This document shows positions 17,417 to 26,832 of a stretch of DNA of 62,931 nucleotides, one piece after another. How positions within the stretch are numbered: the stretch's first letter is position 1; the number at the start of each line of letters is the position of its first letter. This DNA comes from Candidatus Thalassarchaeaceae archaeon (GTDB lineage Archaea; Thermoplasmatota; Poseidoniia; MGIII; CG-Epi1). The position numbers were made by a program, and so were the translations under genes. Location of the stretch: assembly GCA_963578705.1 (NCBI GenBank), contig CAUZDT010000001.1, forward strand, positions 1-62,931. Reading direction: 5' to 3'. The notes under the pieces were generated by a model. That model was not told the DNA's origin. It was given only the letters and a program-made list of their open reading frames with translations, and searched no databases.

Positions 17417-18790
17417 TTAAGCGCTTGGTTCACCAAGTTTCAGCAGCCCCGGACTCGGCTCAGCGCAGCAATACCAGCTTTCAGAGAGTCGCGGTCCCGG
17501 CGTCGCCACCACCATCGGCGGCGGCGGTTGCCCCGCCGCGGAGCGCGCCACGCTCCAGAGCGCGTGGAAAAGCGTCGCATCGTCGCCCCCCTCTTCGGCG
17601 ACCGCGACCGCCTCGTGGTGCAGCGCGTCCATGTAGGGGTCGGGATGCTCCCAGCGGTGGCCGAAGTCCTTCTCGCGGAGCCCGCGCAAGTGCGGCGCCA
17701 TCTCGGGGTGGTCGAGCAGCGCCGACCCGGGCGGCAGCAGCAGCCGGATGGTGAACTGCACCGGCTCGATGGCTCCCACCAAGGCATTATCGGCGGCGAA
17801 CTCGAACAGCTCGAGATAGTCATCGAGCGTCGTCCATGGGGTGAAGGCGACCAGCGACGGTCGCATCGCAATCCCCGCCGCGCGCGTCGCCGCCAGCGCC
17901 CGCTTGACGTCGGAGCGCGTGTGCCCCTTGTCAAGGATTTCGAGCACGTGGTCGCTCAATGACTCAACCGCCGTGACGATGAACAGGCAGCCACACTCGG
18001 CCAGCTGAGGGAGCAAATCGGCGTGGTCCAGCAGGTGCTCGACCTTGGCGGTGATGTCGAATGTCAGCTGCGGGAACTCGGCGTGCAGCGCCTCGGCCAC
18101 CCGCAAGGCGTGCCGTGGGCCGTTCAGGAAATCAGGGTCGCCGAAGGTGATGTGGCGCGCCCCGCCGGCCACCTGCTTGCGCACCTGCTGCAGCACGTTC
18201 TCGACGGGGACGACAAAGAAACGGCCGTTGTAGACCGGCGTGACCGGGCAATGGCGGCAAGTGTACTTGCACCCCCGCGTTGCCTCGGCAAAGCCCGCCT
18301 GCACGGAATGGCCGTTGTCCAACAACTCGGCGTAGCCGCCCGCAAGGCCACTGCCGTCGGGAATCGGGTAATCCGGTCGCGCCAGCAGCGGCGCTGCCGG
18401 CATTGGCGCGGATTCGCCCCGCGCCAGCGCCTCACAGAGCGCCACCAGCGCCTGCTCCGACTCCCCGCCAAGGCAGCTGTCTGCAACGTTCGCGAGCAGC
18501 CATTCGCGGTTGAGCTGCGCGTAAAGGCCGTGGAAGCAGATGTGCGCCGCCGCGTTCAGCTCCCGAATGCGCCGGGCGACCGGCACCGCCAGCCGCAGCG
18601 CGGTGTGCATCGGGACCGAAATCGCGACCAGCTGCGCCTCGCGCACTGCCGCCTCGTCCAGCTCGCAGGTCGACAAGTCAATTACTTGCGGTGAGAAACC
18701 GGCACGTCGCAGGAACGCCGCCGGCCAAGCGATGCCGGCCGGTGCGTGCCCCAGCTCGTAGCACGAGAGCAGCAAGATGTCGCCGTGCAT
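17417..18790 (-). CDS. Radical SAM protein with N-terminal B12-binding-like domain and C-terminal CCAEP tail
   Basis: CX3CX2C motif in ATRGCKYTCRHCPV. The N-terminal about 130 aa look Rossmann-like (ILLLSCYELGHAP...VAISVPMHTA). The C-terminus is ...SESWYCCAEPSPGLLKLGEPSA. ATG 18790 preferred; a TTG at 18811 overlapping the upstream stop is an alternative. Confidence 0.8.
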   Translation of the reverse strand: MHGDILLLSCYELGHAPAGIAWPAAFLRRAGFSPQVIDLSTCELDEAAVREAQLVAISVPMHTALRLAVPVARRIRELNAAAHICFHGLYAQLNREWLLANVADSCLGGESEQALVALCEALARGESAPMPAAPLLARPDYPIPDGSGLAGGYAELLDNGHSVQAGFAEATRGCKYTCRHCPVTPVYNGRFFVVPVENVLQQVRKQVAGGARHITFGDPDFLNGPRHALRVAEALHAEFPQLTFDITAKVEHLLDHADLLPQLAECGCLFIVTAVESLSDHVLEILDKGHTRSDVKRALAATRAAGIAMRPSLVAFTPWTTLDDYLELFEFAADNALVGAIEPVQFTIRLLLPPGSALLDHPEMAPHLRGLREKDFGHRWEHPDPYMDALHHEAVAVAEEGGDDATLFHALWSVARSAAGQPPPPMVVATPGPRLSESWYCCAEPSPGLLKLGEPSA

Positions 18791-18807
18791 GGCGGGCGCG
18801 CCGCCGC

Positions 18808-20214
18808 TCAAACCTCGAACGCCGCTGCATCGGCCGCCGCGTCGCCGATGGCGCGCAGCCGCGCGAACTCGAAGATGCCGCTGTTGTGCCCGTCACTGAA
18901 GTCGAGCCGCACCGCGTAGCGGCCGACGCTGGCGCTGCTCGCGACCGTGATATCAGCAGGTATCTGCCCCGGCTGTAGTAGCTTCTCACCCGAGAACTCG
19001 TCGACACAGCCGGCGCAGGGGCATTCACTGCGCAGCGTGTGCGCCGGGATAATTTGCTCGGCACCGTCGCGCCACTTGACCTGCACCGCGCCGCCCGCCA
19101 CCACCGCCAGCTCCTGCGGCGCGGCGGGGTTGAGCGCCTCGCCCAGCGCCGTCGCGGAGGAACGCGCCATCGCTTCGCCCGCCAGCGCAGCGAACGCGTC
19201 GCCGATTTCGCCTTCCGCGATTGGTTCGCCAGCGTCCATCGCGGCGGCGATACTGGAGTTGAGCGGGATGCGCGCCAGCAACGGAATGTCTAGTTTCTGC
19301 GACGCGGCCGTGCCGCCGCCCTCGCGGAAGATGGGGTCATTGTGACCGCACTCGGGGCAGTGATAGTAGGCCATGTTCTCGACGATGCCAAGTATCGGAA
19401 CCTTGACCTGCTGGAACATGCGCAGCCCCTTCTCGGCGATGGTGTATGCCACTTCCTGCGGCGTCGTGACAATGATAGCTCCTGACAGCGGCACGGCTTG
19501 GGTAAGCGTCAGCTGTATGTCGCCGGTCCCCGGTGGCAAATCCACGAAAAGGTAGTCGAGTTCGCCCCACGCCACCGAGCCCAGGAACTGCTGCACCAGC
19601 TGCGACGCAATCGGTCCGCGCCATATCAGCGGCGTCTCGCTCGTCGTCAGGAAGCCCATCGACATCACCTTCAGCCCGTGCGCTTCGACCGGCTGCAGTA
19701 CCCCCTGCTGGCCTCCCGCCAGGCTATGGTCGCGCAGGCCGAGCATCGCCGGCACCGACGGGCCGTAGACGTCGACGTCCAGAATCCCAACGCGCGCGCC
19801 AGCCCGGGCACAGGCGAACGCCAGGTTGACCGCGACGGTCGACTTGCCGACGCCGCCCTTGCCGCTCGCGACAGCGATAATCTGCTTCACCTGTGCCAGC
19901 GCGGCGGGCGTCGTCGCCGCTTCCAGCGCCGGCAGCCGCGGCACCTCCCACGCCGCCTCGATATCAACGTGAGTAACGTCGTCGAGCGCCAGCAGCGCCT
20001 CGCGGCACTGCGCCGCCAGCGCATCGCCGTGTGGGGACGCGGGCGACGGCAGCCGCAGCGTGAAGCGCACGCGGCTGCCGCTGGCGGTCAGCCCGCGCAC
20101 GTAGCCCAGGCTGACGACGTCCCGCTTCAGTAGCGGGTCTCTGACTGCGCGCAGCACTTCTTCGGCTCCCATGGGCGACGCCACGGGACGCCCGTTGTAT
20201 TTGGAGTTTTTCAT
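18808..20214 (-). CDS. apbC: Mrp/NBP35/ApbC-family Fe-S cluster carrier ATPase fused to N-terminal DUF59 and C-terminal DUF971 domains
   Basis: DUF59-like N-terminus (VLRAVRDPLLKRDVVSLGYVRGL). Deviant Walker A (VASGKGGVGKST). CPECG motif. C-terminal about 90 aa (VQVKWRDGAEQIIPAHTLRSECPCAGCVDE...YAVRLDFSDGHNSGIFEF) match the DUF971 pattern. Confidence 0.85.
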   Translation of the reverse strand: MKNSKYNGRPVASPMGAEEVLRAVRDPLLKRDVVSLGYVRGLTASGSRVRFTLRLPSPASPHGDALAAQCREALLALDDVTHVDIEAAWEVPRLPALEAATTPAALAQVKQIIAVASGKGGVGKSTVAVNLAFACARAGARVGILDVDVYGPSVPAMLGLRDHSLAGGQQGVLQPVEAHGLKVMSMGFLTTSETPLIWRGPIASQLVQQFLGSVAWGELDYLFVDLPPGTGDIQLTLTQAVPLSGAIIVTTPQEVAYTIAEKGLRMFQQVKVPILGIVENMAYYHCPECGHNDPIFREGGGTAASQKLDIPLLARIPLNSSIAAAMDAGEPIAEGEIGDAFAALAGEAMARSSATALGEALNPAAPQELAVVAGGAVQVKWRDGAEQIIPAHTLRSECPCAGCVDEFSGEKLLQPGQIPADITVASSASVGRYAVRLDFSDGHNSGIFEFARLRAIGDAAADAAAFEV

Positions 20215-20348
20215 CAAATGCTGACGCTGGGCGCACTACATCACAATGTTGTTTCCGTCAAGCAACCGGCCGTCGGCGCAGGTTGCGCCCCGGGCGGAGT
20301 GAGGAGGTTTTGCGAGCGCCGCCGCCTGAGGCCGCTCGGAAAAGGTTG

Positions 20349-20469
<121 letters not shown>

Positions 20470-20491
20470 CGTCGGCTCGACCTTGGGGGGG

Positions 20492-20500
20492 TATTTAGAA
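20492..20500 (-). promoter_or_regulatory. TATA-like box (TTCTAAATA on minus strand) upstream of 5S rRNA
   Basis: AT-rich element centred about 27 nt upstream of the inferred 5S 5' end. Confidence 0.45.
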
Positions 20501-20532
20501 TTTAGCGCCCGGCGCCCGCTGGCGTCCGCGTT

Positions 20533-21432
20533 TCAGGCTTCGGCGGCCGCTTCGCGCACCTGCCGGATGCGCTCGGAAGCTTCGCGGCGGGCGATGCGCT
20601 CCTGCCGCCGCGACTCGCCGCGCTCCATGATGAGCTTCATGTACATCGCGTCGTGCTCCATCAGTGGCGAGTCGGAAATCATGATGACGTTGTAGTCGTT
20701 CTCGAGGATTACCTCGGCCAGGTGCTCGAACTTGATTTCGCCCCGCTTGACCGGCGCGTAGTGCCGCTCGTTGCCGTCGACGTCAAACTCGACTCCCGAG
20801 AAGTGGCAGTAGAACTTGTCGAGCCCGAGGTTGGCCTCGAAGAAGTCGAAGACGCGCTTGAAGCTCTCGCGGTCGTTGAGCCAGCGGTTGCCGCGTGCGT
20901 GGAGGTGGGGCCAGTTGATTATCGGCACCAGCCCGCGCACTCGCTGGCAGAGCTCGGTGATTTCGCGCAGCGTGCCGAACAGGTCCGGCCGCCCCGAGAG
21001 CTCGATGCCGATGCGCGGGCGGTGGTTGTGTTGCAGGTAGTGGTTGCGCAGCTCGCGGAAGGCTGGCACCAGCGCCTCGATGGCCTCGCGCGAGGAGTAG
21101 TTATGGTAGGGGCCGATGTGGGTGACGATGGTGCGCGCGCCAATCCTCGTCCCGATTTCGCCGGCGAACTGTAGGAACTTGCTTGACTTGTTGCGCATAT
21201 AGCCGTTGCCGAGGAAATCCATGTAGTAGGGCGCGTGAATAGCCATGTAGATATCGAGCGAATGGGCAATCTCGCCCAGCTCCTCGAAGTCATCCAGCTC
21301 GACGACGGCGCGGCCGCGCACCAGCTGGATTTCCATCGCGTGCAGCCCCAGCGCGTGGATGTCCTCGATGCCGTCGCGGATGGTGCGTCCCTTGCACGAG
21401 AGCGGTATCCCCGCCGGCCCGAAGCGTATCAT
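20533..21432 (-). CDS. Xylose-isomerase-like TIM-barrel protein (AP endonuclease family 2 / endonuclease IV-like)
   Basis: From ATG 21432: MIRFGPAGIP..., AMEIQ, IHAPYYMDF, THIGPY, IGIELSG, WPHLHARG, typical of archaeal Endo IV-like TIM barrels. Charged C-terminal tail. The 5' extension of the ORF (to 21648) overlaps the leuS promoter region and was dropped. Confidence 0.65.
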   Translation of the reverse strand: MIRFGPAGIPLSCKGRTIRDGIEDIHALGLHAMEIQLVRGRAVVELDDFEELGEIAHSLDIYMAIHAPYYMDFLGNGYMRNKSSKFLQFAGEIGTRIGARTIVTHIGPYHNYSSREAIEALVPAFRELRNHYLQHNHRPRIGIELSGRPDLFGTLREITELCQRVRGLVPIINWPHLHARGNRWLNDRESFKRVFDFFEANLGLDKFYCHFSGVEFDVDGNERHYAPVKRGEIKFEHLAEVILENDYNVIMISDSPLMEHDAMYMKLIMERGESRRQERIARREASERIRQVREAAAEA

Positions 21433-21454
21433 AGCTCGGCTCGCAGACCGGGGT

Positions 21455-21463
21455 TCTATTTTA
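21455..21463 (-). promoter_or_regulatory. TATA-like box (TAAAATAGA on minus strand) for the endonuclease IV-like gene
   Basis: Centre lies about 27 nt from ATG 21432, implying a leaderless or very short leader. Confidence 0.4.
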
Positions 21464-21474
21464 CCTGTTGGCCG

Positions 21475-21482
21475 TTTTATAA
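21475..21482 (+). promoter_or_regulatory. TATA-like box (TTTTATAA) for leuS
   Basis: Centre lies about 26 nt upstream of the in-frame GTG at 21505 chosen as the leuS start. Confidence 0.4.
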
Positions 21483-21504
21483 CGGAGCGCCGACTGCCGC
21501 GGCC

Positions 21505-24360
21505 GTGAGCGTCCCCGAGCGGGAAGCGAAGTGGCAGCAGCGCTGGACCGACGAGCGGCTCTTCGAGGCGGAGCCCGACCCCGGGCGAGAAAAATATTTC
21601 GTCAATTTCCCGTATCCATACGTCAACGGCTACCCGCACCTGGGGCACGGCTTCACGCTGCTACGCGCCGAGATGATGGCTCGCTACCAGCGCATGCGCG
21701 GGCGCAACGTGCTGTGGCCCTTCGCGTTCCACTGCACCGGCACCCCCATCGCCGCTGCGGCGCAGCGCGTCGCCGAAGGCGAGCCGGGGCAGCTGCGCGC
21801 GCTGGAGCAGATGGGCATCACCGGCGCGCTGGCGGAATCGCTGGCGGAGCCGCAGGCGTGGTTCGAGCACTTTCCCGAGCGGTTCCAGCAGGACTTGCAG
21901 TCGCTGGGGCTGGCGGTCGACTGGCGCCGCAGCTTCATCACCACCGACCAGAACCCGGCTTACGACGCGTTCATCCGCTGGCAGTTCAACCGGTTGCGCG
22001 AGGGCGACTACCTGCGCAAGGGGTCGTTTCCGGTCGTCTGGTGCCCTGAACGCGAGACGGTCGTCGGCGATCACGACCGCATCTCGGGCGAAGGCGAGAC
22101 ACCGCAGGAATACTGCCTGCTCAAGTTCCGCGGGGACGTGGGGACGCTGGTCGCGGCGACGCTGCGGCCCGAGACGGTCTTCGGGCAGACCAACCTGTGG
22201 GTTGACGGCAGCGGCACTTACGCGCGAGCGCGGGTCGATGGCGAGGTGTGGATTTGCTCGCAACAGATGCCGGCCAAACTGCGGCTGCAGGGCCACGAAG
22301 TCGAGGAATTCGGCACGATTACGGGCCGCGAGCTCATCGGGCAGCGCTACGCGCCGCCCGGAATCGACCGCGAGCTGATGGTACTGCCGGCCGATTTCTG
22401 CGACGCCGCCATCGGCTCCGGCATCGTGACGTCGGTCCCGAGCGACGCGCCGGACGACTGGCAGGGGCTGGCTGATCTGCAGGCGTCGGTGGAACTCTGT
22501 GCGAAGTGGGGTCTCAACCATAAATATATAAAAGAAATAGGGCCCCTCGCGATTATCGATTCGGGCGAGCTCGGCACCGTTCCGGCGCCCGCGCTCTGCC
22601 GGCAGATGGGCGTGCGCGACCAGCATGACCGCGCCCGGCTGGAGGAGGCGAAGCAGCAGCTCTACCTGCACAGCTTCCAGCACGGCACGATGCTCGACTC
22701 GGTCGGCATGGACTGCGCCGGCCTGCCGGTGGACGCGGCGCGCGAGAAGGTGCGCGCGGCGCTCATCGCCAGCGGCAACGCTGCGCGCTACTACGAGCTG
22801 ACCGGCCCCGCGCGCACCCGCTGGCTCACCGACTGCACCGTCAAAATAGTCGAGGACCAGTGGTTCCTGAAATACGACGACGAGGCGTGGACCGCGCGCA
22901 CCCGCGAGGCGCTCGACGCGATGACGCTCTTCCCGCGCAAGGCGCGCGCGCAGTTCGAGCACGTGCTGGGCTGGCTGCGCGACTGGGCCTGCGCGCGCGA
23001 GCAAGGCTTGGGAACGCGGCTGCCGTGGGACGCGAAGTGGGTCATCGAGTCATTGAGCGACTCGACCATCTACATGGCCTACTACACCGTCGCGCACCAC
23101 GTCAATTCGCTGCCGGCCAGTAAGCTGGGCGGGGAGCTGTTCGAGGCGCTCTTCGGCGACGGCGACCCTGCCGCGGTGCCGGGCCACGACGCGGCGCAGG
23201 TTGCAGAGTGGCGCGCCGAATTCGAATACTGGTATCCCTACGACCTGCGCGTGAGCGGCAAGGACCTTATCCAGAACCACTTGTCTTTCAGCCTGTTTAA
23301 CCATACCGCCATCTTCCCGCCCGAGAAGTGGCCGCGCGGCTTCGCGGTCAACGGCTGGGTGCTGGTCGACGGCGAGAAGATGTCCAAGTCGCGCGGTAAC
23401 TTCTACACCATCCGCCAGCTGATTGACCGCTACGGCGCCGACGCGACGCGACTGACGCTCTGCAACTCCGGTGAAGGGCTCGATGACCCCAACTGGGAGG
23501 CGAGCTTCGCTGATACCGCCGGCCGCAAGCTGGAGCGCTGGCTGCGCTTCGTCACCGAGAACGTCGGCAGCGGCCGCGACGAACCGCACCCCGCCGACGA
23601 CTGGTTCGCGGCGATACTCTCGCAGGCGGCGCACGATGCGCGGCGGGCGTGTGACCTAATGCGCTTCCGCACGGCGATGCGCCGGCTTTTCTTCGAGCTG
23701 CCGCGCCACTACCGCTGGTATCTGCGCCGTTGCGGAGCGCCGCGGCGCGACCTGCTCCACGACTACCTGTCGACCGTCACGCGCGGTCTCGCGCCGATAG
23801 TGCCGCACCTGGCCGAGGAGGCGTGGGAGCTGCTCGGCGGCGACGGTTTCGCCAGCGAAGCGCCCTACCCCGACGGCGAGCCGGCGCCCGCGACGCTGCT
23901 GCGCGGCGAAGCGCTGGTCCAGCGCACGCACGCCGACATCGTGGCCATCTTGAAGGTGGCGCGCATCGAGTCGCCGCAGGCGATTACGCTGCTGGTCGCG
24001 CCCGACTGGAAGTGGCAGGCGGTCGGCCTCGCCGCCGGGCTGGCCGACGAGCGCGGGCGCGTCAATATGCAATCGCTGATGAAGGCGGCGATGGCCGCGC
24101 TGCCCGCCGTGGTGCGGAAAGAGGCAGCCCCCTTCCTGAAGCAGTGGGCGCTGAAAGAGATTCCTGCGCTTGGCCCCGGCTGGGCGGCGCGCTACGGCGA
24201 GCAGCTCGACGAGGCGGCAGTGCTGGAGCAGGCGGCCGAATTCCTTGCCGCAACGTTCGGCTGCGAGGTGGCGGTTGCGCCTGCCGGAGACGCGACAGGC
24301 GACGCCGTTGGGAAGGCCCAGCAGGCGGCTCCATTGAGGCCTGCTATCTTCGTGAATTGA
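21505..24360 (+). CDS. leuS: Leucyl-tRNA synthetase, archaeal type
   Basis: EREAKWQQRW, FPYPYVNGYPHLGHGFT (HIGH), CP1 editing region, VDGEKMSKSRGNF (KMSKS). About 951 aa from GTG 21505. The upstream part of ORF 21235..24360 is antisense to the neighbouring gene. Confidence 0.93.
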   Translation: MSVPEREAKWQQRWTDERLFEAEPDPGREKYFVNFPYPYVNGYPHLGHGFTLLRAEMMARYQRMRGRNVLWPFAFHCTGTPIAAAAQRVAEGEPGQLRALEQMGITGALAESLAEPQAWFEHFPERFQQDLQSLGLAVDWRRSFITTDQNPAYDAFIRWQFNRLREGDYLRKGSFPVVWCPERETVVGDHDRISGEGETPQEYCLLKFRGDVGTLVAATLRPETVFGQTNLWVDGSGTYARARVDGEVWICSQQMPAKLRLQGHEVEEFGTITGRELIGQRYAPPGIDRELMVLPADFCDAAIGSGIVTSVPSDAPDDWQGLADLQASVELCAKWGLNHKYIKEIGPLAIIDSGELGTVPAPALCRQMGVRDQHDRARLEEAKQQLYLHSFQHGTMLDSVGMDCAGLPVDAAREKVRAALIASGNAARYYELTGPARTRWLTDCTVKIVEDQWFLKYDDEAWTARTREALDAMTLFPRKARAQFEHVLGWLRDWACAREQGLGTRLPWDAKWVIESLSDSTIYMAYYTVAHHVNSLPASKLGGELFEALFGDGDPAAVPGHDAAQVAEWRAEFEYWYPYDLRVSGKDLIQNHLSFSLFNHTAIFPPEKWPRGFAVNGWVLVDGEKMSKSRGNFYTIRQLIDRYGADATRLTLCNSGEGLDDPNWEASFADTAGRKLERWLRFVTENVGSGRDEPHPADDWFAAILSQAAHDARRACDLMRFRTAMRRLFFELPRHYRWYLRRCGAPRRDLLHDYLSTVTRGLAPIVPHLAEEAWELLGGDGFASEAPYPDGEPAPATLLRGEALVQRTHADIVAILKVARIESPQAITLLVAPDWKWQAVGLAAGLADERGRVNMQSLMKAAMAALPAVVRKEAAPFLKQWALKEIPALGPGWAARYGEQLDEAAVLEQAAEFLAATFGCEVAVAPAGDATGDAVGKAQQAAPLRPAIFVN

Positions 24361-24450
24361 CCCCTCTCTCCCGACGAAAATCGTGTTGCAATCTATATAT
24401 ACAGCCCCTGACTCGGCCGCCTCCCGGGTTTCTTTCCGGGAGTGATCACC

Positions 24451-26787
24451 ATGACTCAACAGCGACAATCGCTCAAAGTCCTGCTAGCCACCGCCATGCT
24501 GCTCTGCGGAGCATTCGCGGGGCTGCTTCTTGCAACCAGTGCGAGCGCTGATACCTACGACCGGGACGGCTTCGTCTTGGCTGATGGAGCGGGCCTCGCT
24601 GGCGCGACGGTCAGCGCGTTCAACACCGCGACCGGCGCTGTGACGACCACCTTGACGCTCGAGGACGGCTGGTACAGCCTCGACGACCTCGGGGATGGCG
24701 ACTACAAGTTCGGCTACGATATGGTGGGCTACCTCGCCGTCGTGAACGACGTCACCGTTGACGGCAGCGGCAGCATGGATGATGTTATCCTGGTCGCCAC
24801 GATGGGCGGCTCCGGCATCTTTGCCGGCAACGTCATTGATGGCTCCTCCGCCATCGATGGCGCCAGCGTCACGCTGGCAGGCGAGGAATCCGGCGACGAC
24901 TGGTGGGGCGGCAGCGCCGCTTACGAGCGCAGCGCAACCACGGACGCCGACGGGAACTTCAGCTTCAGCGGGCTCGCCAACGAGTCCTTCACGCTACGTG
25001 TCACCGCGAGCGGCTACTATTCCTCAATCGGTAGCTCAGCGGACGTCGTGCTTTCAGCGGTCAACGATGACAACCTGAAATATGTGCGCATCCTCGACGG
25101 CGACGGCAACACGCTGCGTGACGCCGAGGTTATGCTCTACGAGGCTTCGACCGCTACCTGGACCGCAGCCGCGAAGCTGGGCGGCGCGACACACGTCGTG
25201 CGCCCCAGTGCAGCGGCTAACGACAACTACATCTTCGCGTTCCACGCAGATTACGCAACCGGCGTAACCGTGGCTGGCGACGGCGCTGGCGAGAACCTGG
25301 AAATCGTGCTCGATACTGCTTCGAGCGGTACCCGGGTCGCGGCGCTGCCGGACATCCCGGCCGTCACCTCGAACATCCCGGTAATGGACGTTAGTGGCAT
25401 GATTGTGCTGCTGCAACTCAACCCCGGCCCGACGGCAGACGTCGTGGTCACCAGCGAGGCGAGCATGCTAGACGGCGCGTTTGTCGTCGCGGTCGATGAA
25501 GCGGTCAACTTCTCGGCGGCCGGCGCGAGCGCAACGGTCGGCATCACCCAGCTGGAGTGGAACTTCGGCGAGGGCGGCGCCAGCAGCTACGACCAGGAAG
25601 AGCTCAACCATTCCTGGAGCGCGGGCGGCAGCTACACGGTCAACCTGACCGCAATGGACCAGTATGGCAATGTGGACACCGCGAGCGTCACAATCCTGGT
25701 TGACGGCAATGCGCCCATTTCCAGCTTTACGACCACGGTCAAGGCTTCCATCGTGGACGAAGGCGCAGCCTACAATGACACCAACGTCAACGAGGATACC
25801 TCGACGCTGGTCTTCAACGGCTCCGGCTCGAGCGACGGAGAGAGCGAGATTGCCTCCTGGGCATGGGACTTCGGCGAAGAGGGCAGCGACAGCGGCTCAA
25901 TCGTCAGCAAGCAGTTCAGCGAGCCCGGGAACTACGAGATTACGCTAACCACCACCGACGTAGCTGGCAACAGCGCCTCGACCGGGGCGACTATCATCGT
26001 GAACGACATCACGATTCCGGACGCCCGCTTCACCTACTACTACGACATCGATGGTAACGGCACTATCGAGGAAGATGAGCAAGCCTTGCAGAAGGCGATG
26101 GAGGGTATGCCGGTGATTTTCAACGCGTCAAAGACCGAGGACAACTTCGACTCGCTGGCCAACCTCACCTTCAACTGGGAGTTCGGCGACGGCATGAACG
26201 CCTCCGGGGCGGTCATGGAGCACGTCTACGCCGAGCTGCAGGACGATGGATTCAATGTCGTCCTGACCGTCACCGACCGTGCCGGCAACGAAGCGGTCTT
26301 CGGCGCGCAGGTCGAGCCGGCACCGATGGTGCGGCCTGACCTCTACGTCTCCTCGCTCAACTTCACCAGCGACTCCCCGCAGGCGGGCGACAACCTCGTG
26401 ATGGAGGCGACGCTCAAGCTGCTGGAGGAGAACATCACCGGCAGTTTCCACGTCGCATTCTACGCTGACTCAATCGCAGCCGGCAACGAGTTCGCCAACG
26501 TCTCGGTCGACGGCGCCGACCTCAGTGCCGGCATCGAGCACTCCTATACCGTCACGGCTACGTGGAGTAACATCCCCGCAGGCCCGCACACGGTCATCAT
26601 CGTGGTCGACGCCGCCAACGCAATCGACGAGAGCAACGAGAAGGGTAACGTGGGCACTTTCCCGGTCACGGTCCAGGCTGCCGACGGCGGCCCTGAATGG
26701 AGCTCGATTAGCCTGATTGTTGCTATAGTGATGGCGGTATTCGGGGCGCTCGGCTACATCTACCGCGACCAGCTCTTCGGTAAGTAA
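24451..26787 (+). CDS. Large cell-surface protein: signal peptide, carboxypeptidase-regulatory-like domains, 3 PKD-like domains, CARDB-like domain, C-terminal TM anchor
   Basis: Signal-like N-terminus (LKVLLATAMLLCGAFAGLLLATSASA). Repeated patterns of the form ...DG.Y.L..L..G.Y. PKD-like blocks (FNGSGSSDGESEIASWAWDFGEEG...YEITLTTTDVAGN; FNASKTED...FNWEFGDG...VVLTVTDRAGN). CARDB-like block (PDLYVSSLNFTSDSPQAGDNLVMEATL...). C-terminal TM (ISLIVAIVMAVFGALGYIY). ATG 24451 is preceded by GGGAGTGATCACC (SD-like). GTG 24442 is an alternative. Confidence 0.75.
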   Translation: MTQQRQSLKVLLATAMLLCGAFAGLLLATSASADTYDRDGFVLADGAGLAGATVSAFNTATGAVTTTLTLEDGWYSLDDLGDGDYKFGYDMVGYLAVVNDVTVDGSGSMDDVILVATMGGSGIFAGNVIDGSSAIDGASVTLAGEESGDDWWGGSAAYERSATTDADGNFSFSGLANESFTLRVTASGYYSSIGSSADVVLSAVNDDNLKYVRILDGDGNTLRDAEVMLYEASTATWTAAAKLGGATHVVRPSAAANDNYIFAFHADYATGVTVAGDGAGENLEIVLDTASSGTRVAALPDIPAVTSNIPVMDVSGMIVLLQLNPGPTADVVVTSEASMLDGAFVVAVDEAVNFSAAGASATVGITQLEWNFGEGGASSYDQEELNHSWSAGGSYTVNLTAMDQYGNVDTASVTILVDGNAPISSFTTTVKASIVDEGAAYNDTNVNEDTSTLVFNGSGSSDGESEIASWAWDFGEEGSDSGSIVSKQFSEPGNYEITLTTTDVAGNSASTGATIIVNDITIPDARFTYYYDIDGNGTIEEDEQALQKAMEGMPVIFNASKTEDNFDSLANLTFNWEFGDGMNASGAVMEHVYAELQDDGFNVVLTVTDRAGNEAVFGAQVEPAPMVRPDLYVSSLNFTSDSPQAGDNLVMEATLKLLEENITGSFHVAFYADSIAAGNEFANVSVDGADLSAGIEHSYTVTATWSNIPAGPHTVIIVVDAANAIDESNEKGNVGTFPVTVQAADGGPEWSSISLIVAIVMAVFGALGYIYRDQLFGK

Positions 26788-26832
26788 GTCTGCAGGGGCT
26801 TTCAGTAGCGCCAGACCAGCCAGTACTCGGGC

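Noticed and set aside
17417-17480. Possible selenocysteine (CUAEP) recoding in the radical SAM tail
   Set aside because: The tail reads CCAEP with both positions encoded by Cys codons and no in-frame TGA, so this is the Cys form and no recoding is needed.
20218-20348. GC-rich 130-nt stretch downstream of 5S rRNA, considered as a possible additional ncRNA or tRNA
   Set aside because: I could not fold a cloverleaf or any recognisable RNA family by eye. It most simply contains the 5S terminator and the apbC promoter/leader.
21661-23004. 447-aa minus-strand ORF
   Set aside because: It is antisense to leuS and has shadow-ORF composition.
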